From positions 7,655-71,654 of the forward strand of contig CAYOFP010000005.1 of NCBI GenBank assembly GCA_964403505.1: a DNA stretch of 64,000 nt, read 5' to 3'. Below the pieces are notes generated by a model. The model ran no database searches. It saw nothing but the letters and a program-made list of their open reading frames with translations, and was not told the origin of the DNA. This DNA is from an uncultured Lachnospiraceae bacterium. GTDB taxonomy: Bacteria > Bacillota > Clostridia > Oscillospirales > CAG-272. Position numbers and translations under genes: made by a program. Below, in pieces: positions 45,225 to 54,540 of this stretch. Position 1 is the first letter of the stretch. The number at the start of each line of letters is the position of its first letter.

Positions 45225-45730
45225 AAAAACACTCGCTCAGAGATCTATTGATATTCGCAATGCTCGGCTCGCTGATGTTTGCTGCCACGTGCGCCATGAA
45301 GGCATTGCCGAATATCCATCTCCTCGCACTTTTCATCGTGACTTTTACACGGGTATACCGTGCAAAGGCGCTCATCCCCATTTACGTATATGTAATATTA
45401 GAGGGAATCTATCAGGGCTTCTCGCCGTGGTGGGTACCGTATCTCTATATCTGGGCGTTTTTATGGGCGATAACAATGCTTTTGCCGAAGAAAATACCGA
45501 AATATATCGAGCCTGTCGCATATTGTGCCGTGGGCGGAATATCGGGTTTTACCTTCGGTGCGTTATGGGCGCCCTGGCAGGCGCTGATGTTCGGACTGTC
45601 GGTAAAATCCATGATAGCATGGATCATTACCGGATTTCCTTTTGATATCACACACGGAATATCAAATGTGTGTATGTGCACATTATGCGTTCCGCTGATA
45701 CGGATACTCCGCAGACTTGAGCGCAGGTAA
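45221..45730 (+). CDS. small polytopic membrane protein, possible vitamin-transporter S component
   Basis: The 169-aa product has about 5 TM helices. An ATGA overlap joins it to the upstream gene, and it sits under the B12 riboswitch. The family was not recognised with certainty. Confidence 0.5.
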   Translation: MKKHSLRDLLIFAMLGSLMFAATCAMKALPNIHLLALFIVTFTRVYRAKALIPIYVYVILEGIYQGFSPWWVPYLYIWAFLWAITMLLPKKIPKYIEPVAYCAVGGISGFTFGALWAPWQALMFGLSVKSMIAWIITGFPFDITHGISNVCMCTLCVPLIRILRRLERR

Positions 45731-45805
45731 ATAAATATATGATAAAACAGATGCCTAGACCGTTATGGGTTCATAGGTATCTGTTTTTTCATAACCTTTT
45801 TTGAT

Positions 45806-47065
45806 TTATTCGTAGCAAGCACTGAATGCAGGCCGCATATCTTCGATTTTACCGTGCGGGATATTATACTTTACAGCGAACTTCTCCCAATTGCTTTTTA
45901 CCGTTTCGATGATTTCCCTTGCCATTTTTTCGGCGTCTTTTTTATCAATATTGAAGCGGTAGGCGGTTTCAATCGCCAACGGAATCGAAATACGATTATC
46001 GTCTTCATTGACATTGAGAGATAATTCATCACCGTAAGGAACAGGATTCACATCATAGAGAGGTGAAAGTGTCCATCCGTTCTTTTTCAAAATAAATGCG
46101 TGATTTCGCAGATGATCGTCCGTATTGGAAACCGCCATATTAAATACAATTCGTTTCCACAATTCGACTAAATCATTTTTGGGATTGCATCCGCCTGATT
46201 TTATGATCGATGCAAGATCCAAGTAGCTTGAACCATCGACAGCGGAAGCGCCGTCTGTTTTGCCGAGCAAAGTCATGGCAGAAGCAAAGTGAATACGCTT
46301 ATCCCCCTCACGGTCAAAACGCTTTACGAGAAATGTACTGCCGAGTTTTGAAAATGTTTCAAGTTTAGATTCGGGAACATTCAAGCCACACATACGGGCC
46401 AAATCGTGAACAACCTTCTCCCATGCACCGGTATTGTTATCATCGTTTTTTGAGGGGAATTTTGCAATCCACAGATGTCCCTCTGTATCAACAACAGTTG
46501 CTTTCGGACGGGCTCCGCCGAGGGAAGAACCGGGTCTGATCAATTGATTGAGCCATTTTTCATTCAAACCGGCGCTATCATTTTCAAATTGCCTTGAAGC
46601 TTCTTCTAATGTACGAAGCGTTGTCCACGGAGGAGCGGCTGTCTCTTTATCGTCAGATAAGAATGCACCCTCTTGCTCTAACTTAAAACGAATTCCGCCC
46701 ATACGGGTTTCATCGTAAACACCGAGCAGAAAATCACTGTCATTCAGTTTTCGGGGTTTGCGTGCTTCCCTTTCCGCCTGCAAGCGCTCACGCTTCATCA
46801 TCAAGACTCTGCCCCAGCGATCAGGAGATGCATCGGCAAATATTCCGAAGATCGCTCTTCCGCTTGGAAACTGTCTGCCGCCATATGTGCTCAAATCGGG
46901 ATCAAGAGAAACAGACAGTTGCGTATTCATAAGCCATTTGTCGTCATATTCAAAGGAATAATTCTCTCCGCCCTTTATGATATCTACATATAGTCTGCCG
47001 AGCAGTATCGGAGCATCGCTGCTGAAGTCATCATATACGAGTATGGTTTTTTGATTTACTGACAT
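45806..47065 (-). CDS. hipA: HipA-family toxin kinase
   Basis: The 419-aa product has a HipA N-terminal coupling domain (LGRLYVD…) and a kinase core (GGARPK, NTDDHLRNHAF). A small HTH gene lies directly upstream. Confidence 0.85.
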   Translation of the reverse strand: MSVNQKTILVYDDFSSDAPILLGRLYVDIIKGGENYSFEYDDKWLMNTQLSVSLDPDLSTYGGRQFPSGRAIFGIFADASPDRWGRVLMMKRERLQAEREARKPRKLNDSDFLLGVYDETRMGGIRFKLEQEGAFLSDDKETAAPPWTTLRTLEEASRQFENDSAGLNEKWLNQLIRPGSSLGGARPKATVVDTEGHLWIAKFPSKNDDNNTGAWEKVVHDLARMCGLNVPESKLETFSKLGSTFLVKRFDREGDKRIHFASAMTLLGKTDGASAVDGSSYLDLASIIKSGGCNPKNDLVELWKRIVFNMAVSNTDDHLRNHAFILKKNGWTLSPLYDVNPVPYGDELSLNVNEDDNRISIPLAIETAYRFNIDKKDAEKMAREIIETVKSNWEKFAVKYNIPHGKIEDMRPAFSACYE

Positions 47066-47068
47066 ATA

Positions 47069-47389
47069 TTAGTCCCCCTTTCGAGGTGCTCTTTTTCTGG
47101 TTGTTAAATTCAAATCCTGCATTTTTCTGCCCATAGCATCATCCTTTGCCACAAGCAAAAGATCTTTGTCCATATTATTTAATGCATGCAATACGGCAGC
47201 GTATATGCCGATAGCAACAGATGGACTTCCTTTTTCAACATTCCATAGGGAAGCTCTGCTGATACCTGCTCGTTCTGCCACCAACTGAACAGATAGATTA
47301 CGGCGAAGTCTTGCTAATTTGATCTGTTCTCCCATAGTTTTTAGTATATCCTCTGTCGCCGGCAATATATTATATGATGTTTTTTTCAT
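47069..47389 (-). CDS. hipB: XRE-family HTH antitoxin (HipB-like)
   Basis: ORF 47069..47398. The ATG at 47389 has AGGTGA upstream. The HTH is LSVQLVAERAGISRASLWNVEKG. Confidence 0.8.
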   Translation of the reverse strand: MKKTSYNILPATEDILKTMGEQIKLARLRRNLSVQLVAERAGISRASLWNVEKGSPSVAIGIYAAVLHALNNMDKDLLLVAKDDAMGRKMQDLNLTTRKRAPRKGD

Positions 47390-47401
47390 GGCAATCACCT
47401 C

Positions 47402-47458
47402 TTAATGTTTATTATTATAAACTATATTAAATATTTTGTCAATAATTATAAACATTAA
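47402..47458 (-). promoter_or_regulatory. hipBA promoter bracketed by an 11-bp inverted repeat
   Basis: The minus strand reads TTGACA (47442-47437), a 17-nt spacer, then TATAAT (47419-47414). TTAATGTTTAT (47402-12) and ATAAACATTAA (47448-58) flank the -10 and -35. Confidence 0.6.
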
Positions 47459-47555
47459 ACACAAAATTTATTATTTCATTCTGTACAGAATCCTTGTCAT
47501 AAAAAAACGATATTTATAAAAATACGAAAACAAAGACTTATTTTGTATTTTATTA

Positions 47556-47584
47556 TTGACACGTTAAGCGAATCTTGGTATAAT
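47556..47584 (+). promoter_or_regulatory. guaB promoter
   Basis: It is a consensus TTGACA-17-TATAAT. Confidence 0.7.
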
Positions 47585-47618
47585 ATTTGGAAATAATAAA
47601 AAATCAGAGGTGGAGAAT

Positions 47619-49121
47619 ATGGCTTATTTTTATCCCGAACAATCGCATACGTTTAATGAATACCTGTTAGTGCCGGGCTACTCCTCGTCCGAGTGCATTC
47701 CGGCTAATGTGACGCTTACGACCCCGCTTGTGAAATACAAGAAGGGCGAAGAACCTTCGATCAAAATGAACATTCCGCTCGTTTCTGCTATCATGCAGTC
47801 TGTCTCGGGTGACAGGCTCGCCGTGGCGTTAGCGCAGGAGGGCGGCGTATCGTTTATTTACGGCTCACAGTCGATCGAGGACGAGGCAGCTATGGTCGCA
47901 CGTGTCAAAAGCTACAAGGCAGGCTTTGTAAAAAGTGATTCCAATATCTCCCCCGATCAAACACTCGAAGATATATTGAAACTGAAGGAGGAGACAGGTC
48001 ACTCCACCGTCGCAGTAACGGAGGACGGCACGGCAAACGGTAAGCTCGTCGGCATCGTCACGGGCAGAGACTACCGTGTCAGCCGCATGAGTCGTGATGA
48101 AAAGATATCCACCTTCATGACTCCGATCGACAGACTCATCACCGCCAAAGAGGGCACGACCCTGAAAGAGGCAAACGACATCATCTGGGATCACAAGCTC
48201 AATTCCTTACCTATTATAGACAACGACGGCAAGCTCGTCTCCTTTGTCTTCCGCAAGGACTACGACCAACACAAGAAAAATCCGAGCGAACTGCTCGATC
48301 CCGACAAGCGTTACGTAGTCGGCGCAGGTATCAATACCCGTGACTATGCAGAGCGTGTGCCGGCACTCGTCGAGGCAGGCGCAGACGTGCTTTGCATCGA
48401 TTCATCCGAGGGATACTCCGAGTGGCAGAAGCTCACCATCGACTGGATCCGTGCGAAATACGGCGAGCGCGTCAAGGTCGGCGCAGGCAACGTCGTCGAC
48501 GCAGAGGGATTCCGATTCCTCGCTGACTGCGGCGCAGATTTCATAAAAGTAGGTATCGGCGGCGGCTCGATCTGCATCACCCGTGAAACAAAGGGTATCG
48601 GACGCGGTCAGGCAACGGCGCTGATTGACGTATGCAAAGCACGTGACGAATATTTCAAGGAAACAGGCGTATATGTCCCCGTCTGCTCGGACGGCGGTAT
48701 CGTCCACGATCATCATATCACCCTCGCACTTGCAATGGGCGCAGACTTCATCATGCTCGGCAGATATTTTGCACGATTTGATGAAAGCCCGACAGAAAAA
48801 GTAAATGTCAACGGCACGCTCATGAAAGAGTATTGGGGCGAAGGCTCGAACCGTGCGAGAAACTGGCAGAGATACGACCTCGGCGGAGCGTCAAAGCTCT
48901 CGTTTGAGGAGGGCGTTGACTCGTATGTTCCGTACGCAGGCAAGCTCTCGGATAACGTACAGCAGACGCTCGCAAAGGTGCGCTCCACCATGTGCAACTG
49001 CGGTGCGATGAACATCGCCGAGCTCCAGGAGAAAGCGAAACTCACTCTGATCTCCTCCGTCAGCATCGTCGAGGGCGGCGCCCACGACGTCATGCAGAAA
49101 ACGTCTAATAAACACGTATAA
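47619..49121 (+). CDS. guaB: IMP dehydrogenase
   Basis: ORF 47610..49121. The ATG at 47619 follows GAGGTGGAG. It has tandem CBS domains and the catalytic loop [11 protein letters not shown]. Confidence 0.93.
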   Translation: MAYFYPEQSHTFNEYLLVPGYSSSECIPANVTLTTPLVKYKKGEEPSIKMNIPLVSAIMQSVSGDRLAVALAQEGGVSFIYGSQSIEDEAAMVARVKSYKAGFVKSDSNISPDQTLEDILKLKEETGHSTVAVTEDGTANGKLVGIVTGRDYRVSRMSRDEKISTFMTPIDRLITAKEGTTLKEANDIIWDHKLNSLPIIDNDGKLVSFVFRKDYDQHKKNPSELLDPDKRYVVGAGINTRDYAERVPALVEAGADVLCIDSSEGYSEWQKLTIDWIRAKYGERVKVGAGNVVDAEGFRFLADCGADFIKVGIGGGSICITRETKGIGRGQATALIDVCKARDEYFKETGVYVPVCSDGGIVHDHHITLALAMGADFIMLGRYFARFDESPTEKVNVNGTLMKEYWGEGSNRARNWQRYDLGGASKLSFEEGVDSYVPYAGKLSDNVQQTLAKVRSTMCNCGAMNIAELQEKAKLTLISSVSIVEGGAHDVMQKTSNKHV

Positions 49122-49126
49122 TAATT

Positions 49127-49161
49127 AAAAGGCTGTCGCAATGCAAATGCGACAGCCTTTT
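49127..49161 (+). terminator. rho-independent terminator of guaB
   Basis: AAAAGGCTGTCGCA-ATGCAAA-TGCGACAGCCTTTT. Confidence 0.85.
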
Positions 49162-49259
49162 GCAAAACAGCGAGCAGTAGGGCGAACCCCCGGCGAGGGT
49201 TCGCCCTCTTTTGCGCTCTGCGCAAAATTCACCCACTCCTGCGCTTTTATAAGGCATGG

Positions 49260-49446
49260 GTGTTTCGCCGTCTGCGGACGGCGACAAAGGGCGCTGCCCT
49301 TTGAACCCGGTCGCTTTTTGAAAAAAGCGACGCAAAAACTTTCAATCGGGCGCCGTTCTTTTCCCGGCGCAAGACATGTCTTGCGCCCAACAAAAGTTTT
49401 TGAGAGGGGTGCGGGGGACACTTTTTGTAAAAAGTATCCCCCGCAA
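49260..49446 (+). repeat. GC-rich mosaic hairpin repeat, copy 2
   Basis: It shares three modules with 17972-18282. Additional GC hairpins lie upstream at 49162-49258. Confidence 0.9.
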
Positions 49447-49454
49447 AAACCCCA

Positions 49455-50903
49455 TCAATTATTTATCCCATGATGTACCGTAGGCGAATACGCATCGAGC
49501 GTGGCGAAGGTATATCCCCGTGCGATGCAATACTCGAGTATCCTCGGCATAGCGGCGATTGTCGCCGGCTTCAGGTCGTGCATGAGTATCACGGCGCTCG
49601 ACTGCGCCTCGATGCCGTTTATCACATTATGATAGATCACATCGGGGTCGGTCGTCCCCGTATCGTTCGAGCCGACATTCCAGTCGAAATAGTGATACCC
49701 CATCGACTGAACGAGCTCTGACAGCTTCGTCATGATTCCCTCGCAAAAACGTGCGCTGACGGTATTCGAGCTGCCGCCCGGGAAGCGCATGATGTTCGCA
49801 TACGAGCCTGTCTGAGCCTTAACTACCTCCTGCATGGAATTGAAATCATGCAGATACGTATCGACAGAGGCATAGATCGAAAACTCGTGTGTATATGTAT
49901 GGATCCCTATTGCGTGCCCTTCATTCTTTTCCCGTGCGATAAGCGGCAGATAATCCGGGAACTGCGCCGTGACAAAGAATGTGGCCCTGACGCCGTATTC
50001 TTTCAGAATATCGAGCAGCTCGGGCGTGTAATGGCAGGGGCCGTCATCGAATGTCAGATACACTATATGATCTCCCTGCGGCGTACCGTCCGACGGCGGA
50101 GGAGCAACGGGAACATATACCGTGACAGTCCGTGTCTGCGTAGCGGTATTCCCTGCCGCATCGCTCACGGTATATCTGACCTCGTAGACGCCTGCGATTT
50201 CACAGTTCACGTTGTTTTCTACCGTCACCCGATCGGTAACATCGCCGTCGGCATTATCGGAAGCGGTATATCCCGGTTCGTCATATTGACCGCCGACCTT
50301 AATATATAGTTCCGTATCGCCCTCGAGGGACAGAACGGGAGCCTCGGTATCATCGACGGTTATAACGGGTATCTCGAGCACAGCCTCATTGCCCGACAAA
50401 TCAGACACGCTGAGCCGGAGCATGGTATCGGTGCGTTCCTCGACCACCTTATCCGTGATATCGCCGTCATAATTATCTGTCGCTTTATAATGCGCAATAT
50501 ATTCCTTACCACGGAATACCGTAAATTTTTCCTCCTCGCATACGATCACGGGTTTTGTCGTATCGACGACCGAGACCTTACGGTATGCGGTGATCTTTTT
50601 ATTCCCATACTCTGTGACATACTCGACGGTATATTCTCCGATCGTATTTACATCGATATCGTCGCTTTCCTTTACCTCTGTATCACGAAAACCGGTGATG
50701 TTACCCCCGTATTTTCCCTGCGCTCCCTCATCGGTATACTCGGAAAAGACCTCGATCGCCTTATTTCCGCCGTTTATCGTCAATGAGAGTTTTGGATAAA
50801 AGATAAAAATATAACAAGCTGCGCCGATAATGAGCGCACATACAGCCAGACAAATGGCCGCAAATAAAACTTTTTTATTCTTTAATAAATATTTGATTTT
50901 CAT
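49455..50903 (-). CDS. polysaccharide deacetylase (NodB domain) with N-terminal anchor and Ig-like repeats
   Basis: The NodB motif is YLTFDDGP…RATFFV…HTYTH. Repeated DNYDGDITDKV/DNADGDVTDRV Ig-like modules are present, along with an N-terminal TM. Confidence 0.85.
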   Translation of the reverse strand: MKIKYLLKNKKVLFAAICLAVCALIIGAACYIFIFYPKLSLTINGGNKAIEVFSEYTDEGAQGKYGGNITGFRDTEVKESDDIDVNTIGEYTVEYVTEYGNKKITAYRKVSVVDTTKPVIVCEEEKFTVFRGKEYIAHYKATDNYDGDITDKVVEERTDTMLRLSVSDLSGNEAVLEIPVITVDDTEAPVLSLEGDTELYIKVGGQYDEPGYTASDNADGDVTDRVTVENNVNCEIAGVYEVRYTVSDAAGNTATQTRTVTVYVPVAPPPSDGTPQGDHIVYLTFDDGPCHYTPELLDILKEYGVRATFFVTAQFPDYLPLIAREKNEGHAIGIHTYTHEFSIYASVDTYLHDFNSMQEVVKAQTGSYANIMRFPGGSSNTVSARFCEGIMTKLSELVQSMGYHYFDWNVGSNDTGTTDPDVIYHNVINGIEAQSSAVILMHDLKPATIAAMPRILEYCIARGYTFATLDAYSPTVHHGINN

Positions 50904-50950
50904 TTTTCACTTATTTCCCTTTTTCTGAAAGTCGAAGCTGTCGGGTCTCG

Positions 50951-51442
50951 TCAGCTTAACATTTCTTTGATATCATGCGCCGCATCACCGGCACTTCCGC
51001 CCCTCCACTCATATGTGATATCCGCATATTTTTCGTAATACGGCACTCGCTCACGGTACATATCCGACAGCGTCTGCCCGTCATGCAAAACGATACCCCG
51101 TGTGGTGGGATTCTTTATGCGCCTGTTCATCTCTTCGCAGGAGATCTTGATATATATTATCTTGCCCGTTTTACGGAAATGCTCCATCGCTTCCTCGCAG
51201 AAGACTGTACTGCCGCCCGTCGCGATCACGGTATGATCAACGTCGAGCGAGGCGTTGATCTCGTTTTCGAGGCTCGAAAAATACGCATTTCCCTGTTTGT
51301 TTATTATCTCCTGCAGCGGCATGCCTGCCGCCTTTTGTATAACAAGATCGGAATCGATAAAATCATACGACAGCATCTTCGCTAAGATAACTCCGACAAT
51401 GCTCTTTCCGCTGCTCGGCATTCCTATCAAAATATAATTCAT
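50951..51442 (-). CDS. aroK: shikimate kinase
   Basis: ORF 50951..51472. The likely start is MNYILIGMPSSGKS at 51442, which includes the Walker A. The size is typical of AroK. Confidence 0.85.
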   Translation of the reverse strand: MNYILIGMPSSGKSIVGVILAKMLSYDFIDSDLVIQKAAGMPLQEIINKQGNAYFSSLENEINASLDVDHTVIATGGSTVFCEEAMEHFRKTGKIIYIKISCEEMNRRIKNPTTRGIVLHDGQTLSDMYRERVPYYEKYADITYEWRGGSAGDAAHDIKEMLS

Positions 51443-51540
51443 ATTATCCCTCGTTTCCCCTTTATTCAACAAATATTATACAATTATTTTTGAATAATGT
51501 AAACACATAAATATTACTTTTTCAGAAAAACAGTGAGGTA

Positions 51541-51578
51541 AATAAAACAGACGCTGATTTTTATAAAAATCAGCGTCC
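51541..51578 (-). terminator. rho-independent terminator of asnA
   Basis: On the minus strand, GGACGCTGATTTTT-ATAA-AAATCAGCGTC is followed by TGTTTTATTT. Confidence 0.8.
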
Positions 51579-51590
51579 TATCTTTTATTA

Positions 51591-52598
51591 TTACAATAGC
51601 TGTATTCCTGCCGCTTTGCACAGGCGCTTTGTTTCCTCATCCCATACAGAGACCTGCACCTCGCCGATATGCGCCTTTTGTAAAAGAAGCATGCAGAGCC
51701 TCGACTGACCGATGCCGCCGCCGATCGTATACGGCAGATTCCCTGCGAGCAGTTCACGGTGAAACTCCATATTCCTACGCTCGTCTGCACCTGCCTCGGA
51801 GAGCTGTCTGTCGAGTGACTCGGGGCTGACACGGATGCCCATACTCGACACCTCGTATGCGATATCGAGGAGCTCGTTATAAAAGAGGATATCGCCGTTC
51901 AGCGACCAGTCGTCATAGTCGGGCGCACGTCCGTCATGCTTGATACCGCTTTTCAGCTTACCGCCGATCTCCATGATAAACGCCGTGTGATGCTCACGCA
52001 GGTAGTTATATTCCCTCTCCTTCGGCGAGAGATCGGGCCACATATCCTCAAGCTCCTGAGTCGTTACAAACGATACTTCTCTCGACAGCTCGAGCGTTAT
52101 CTCGGGAAATATCTTTTTTATCTCGTCGAGGGTATCGCATATGGCGCTCACCTCTTTTTTTACAGTATCTTTGAGATAATCCTTATTACGGTCGTTTACA
52201 TTTATAATCTTTTCCCAGTCCCACTGGTCGGTATATACCGAATGGATGCAGTCAAGCTCCTCGTCACGCCGGATAGCGTTCATGTCGGTATAAAGACCCG
52301 TTCCCTCGTGGAAATCGTACTTTTTCAGCGCCATACGCTTCCATTTAGCAAGAGAGTGAACGATCTCCGCCTCTGTCCCTGTCGCCATAATGTCAAAGGA
52401 TACGGGACGCTCGACTCCGTTCAGATCGTCGTTCAGGCCGGTGGAATGCTCGACAAAAAGAGGCGCCGAGACACGCTTCAGATTCAGCGCATCGCACAGC
52501 TTTTCGGCAAATGTCTTCTTTATGATATCGATCGCCCTCTGTGTATGGTAAATATCGAGCGCACTATGATAATTATCAGGTATAATTACTTTTTCCAT
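51591..52598 (-). CDS. asnA: aspartate--ammonia ligase
   Basis: The 335-aa product has a class-II-synthetase-like AsnA pattern (…RVSAPLFV…, GGGIGQSRLCMLLL). Confidence 0.9.
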   Translation of the reverse strand: MEKVIIPDNYHSALDIYHTQRAIDIIKKTFAEKLCDALNLKRVSAPLFVEHSTGLNDDLNGVERPVSFDIMATGTEAEIVHSLAKWKRMALKKYDFHEGTGLYTDMNAIRRDEELDCIHSVYTDQWDWEKIINVNDRNKDYLKDTVKKEVSAICDTLDEIKKIFPEITLELSREVSFVTTQELEDMWPDLSPKEREYNYLREHHTAFIMEIGGKLKSGIKHDGRAPDYDDWSLNGDILFYNELLDIAYEVSSMGIRVSPESLDRQLSEAGADERRNMEFHRELLAGNLPYTIGGGIGQSRLCMLLLQKAHIGEVQVSVWDEETKRLCKAAGIQLL

Positions 52599-52632
52599 TG
52601 CTTCCTCCGTAGGATCATTCTTTTTTCATCTT

Positions 52633-52695
52633 ATTTTATTACATATCACCTATTTTGTCAAGCAAATTGACAAACGAAAGATGATATTATATAAT
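52633..52695. promoter_or_regulatory. back-to-back divergent promoters (asnA / glutamine synthetase) forming a TGTCA-N7-TGACA box
   Basis: The minus strand reads TTGACA (52661-56), 17 nt, then TAAAAT (52638-33). The plus strand reads TTGACA (52667-72), 17 nt, then TATAAT (52690-95). The two -35 elements together give TGTCAAGCAAATTGACA (52656-52672), which fits the GlnR/TnrA consensus TGTNA-N7-TNACA. Confidence 0.6.
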
Positions 52696-52727
52696 TATAT
52701 ATAGACTACATTACGGAGGATGCCCGA

Positions 52728-53876
52728 GTGAAATATAATTATGATGAAATAATGCAGTATATCGAGGAGAACGATGTCAAGTTCATACGCTTATCGTTTT
52801 GCGATGTTTTCGGAGTTCCGAAAAACGTATCCATACTGCCGTCTGAATTAAAGCATGCATTTGAGGAAGGAATCGGCATAGACGCATCACTCATCGACGG
52901 GTTCGGCGGAAGTGACGAGGTGGTATATCTTCGCCCCGACAAGGGTAATCTCGCTTCCCTGCCGTGGCGTCCGTCACACGGAAGGGTTATCCGCCTGTTC
53001 TGCGATGTCAAAAAAGCGGACGACACATCGCTTCCTGCGGACACGAGAAAGATTCTGCGCCGTATGATCGCACGGGATGTTCGATCACAGGGTCTTGTGT
53101 GCAATGTCGGCAGTGAATGTGAATTTTACCTGCTCAAGCTTGACTCGGACGGAGAGCCGACGAGCATTCCCTTCGACCATGCGACCTATATGGATATCGC
53201 ACCGATCGACCGTGGCGAAAATGTCCGCCGTGAGATCTGCCTCGACTTAGAGCGGATGGGTATCTATCCCCTTTCCTCGCATCACGAGCAGGGGCCGGGA
53301 CAAAACGAGATCGACTTCAAATACTCCGACGCAGTCTCGGCCGCAGACGACCTGATCACATATCAGTCGGTCGTTCGCACCGTCGCAAATCACAACGGAC
53401 TGTGGGCGTCATTTGACCCGAAACCCCTCGCAAACAAACCCGGCAACGGTTTACACATAAATATGTCCCTCACCCGTGACGGCGTGAATATCATGCAGAA
53501 AGAGACAATGTCCGCCTTCGTTGCGGGAATATCACGCAGGCTCGCCGAGATAACGGCTTTTCTCAATCCCATCAAGGAATCCTATGAGAGATTAGAATAC
53601 TATCGGGGTTCTATCATCATACACGAAGATAAGGGAGAAGGCAGAGTCGAGGTAACAACGCCCGACTCGAGGATCAACCCGTATATTGCCTTCGCTCTGC
53701 TGATCTGTGCAGGCATGGAGGGCATCCGTGAGAAGCTCACATACGACAGGAAAATGCCCGACTTACCGGAGACACTCGATAAAGCCATAGCGCTCGCCGA
53801 AAAGAGCGAATTTGTAAAAGACGTACTGACAGAAGAAGCGCTCGAAGCTTATTTAAGTGCAATAAAGGAGAAATAA
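52728..53876 (+). CDS. glnA: glutamine synthetase family protein (short, 382 aa)
   Basis: It starts at GTG after GGAGGATG. It has an N-terminal beta-grasp (VKFIRLSFCDVFG) and catalytic motifs (HHEQGPGQNEIDF, KPGNGLHINMSL). Confidence 0.8.
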   Translation: MKYNYDEIMQYIEENDVKFIRLSFCDVFGVPKNVSILPSELKHAFEEGIGIDASLIDGFGGSDEVVYLRPDKGNLASLPWRPSHGRVIRLFCDVKKADDTSLPADTRKILRRMIARDVRSQGLVCNVGSECEFYLLKLDSDGEPTSIPFDHATYMDIAPIDRGENVRREICLDLERMGIYPLSSHHEQGPGQNEIDFKYSDAVSAADDLITYQSVVRTVANHNGLWASFDPKPLANKPGNGLHINMSLTRDGVNIMQKETMSAFVAGISRRLAEITAFLNPIKESYERLEYYRGSIIIHEDKGEGRVEVTTPDSRINPYIAFALLICAGMEGIREKLTYDRKMPDLPETLDKAIALAEKSEFVKDVLTEEALEAYLSAIKEK

Positions 53877-53880
53877 GCGG

Positions 53881-54471
53881 ATGCAAGAGGGGATCGGCCG
53901 TGTTCTGATCGTATCGGGAAACGATAAAGGCGCCGAATTCATCGAAAATATGCTGACGCAGTTTGGGCCGGAGACGGTGGTGACACTGCATGCAGGAACC
54001 GAAACACGCCGTATCCTGCTCGACGGGTGCACCTTCGACTATGTTTTCATCAATATGCCCTTGCCCGACGAAACGGGCGCAGACCTCGCACGGCGCATCG
54101 CCGAGGGCGAGGGTACCGTGATGGCACTGATCAAGGGCGATACCGCCGAGCAGATCGGCTATTCGCTCGCACGAAGCGGAATATATACTATGCCAAAGCC
54201 TGTCACACGAACGGGATTTGTCTGCGGAATGTATATGATGATGGCATCCCGTGCCCATATCGATGAATATAGGAATAAAAATGAAAAACTGCAATTAAAA
54301 ATTGATGAAAATTCCATTATTTCCCGTGCAAAATGTCTGCTGATCGAAAAGCGGAGCATGAGCGAACAGGATGCACACACATATATAGAAAAGCAGGCGA
54401 TGAACGCACGAAAAACCAAGCGTGAAATAGCCGATGCAATTATCAACACATATGAAGAAGACGCATTTTGA
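53881..54471 (+). CDS. ANTAR-domain response-regulator-like antiterminator
   Basis: It has a receiver-like N-terminal half. The C-terminal ANTAR domain is IISRAKCLLIEKRSMSEQDAHTYIEKQAMNARKTKREIADAII. Confidence 0.8.
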   Translation: MQEGIGRVLIVSGNDKGAEFIENMLTQFGPETVVTLHAGTETRRILLDGCTFDYVFINMPLPDETGADLARRIAEGEGTVMALIKGDTAEQIGYSLARSGIYTMPKPVTRTGFVCGMYMMMASRAHIDEYRNKNEKLQLKIDENSIISRAKCLLIEKRSMSEQDAHTYIEKQAMNARKTKREIADAIINTYEEDAF

Positions 54472-54540
54472 GAAAAATGTGTCTTTTTTCATTTTATTTT
54501 TAAAAATAGATACTGAAAATATTGCGCAAAATAATTACGG

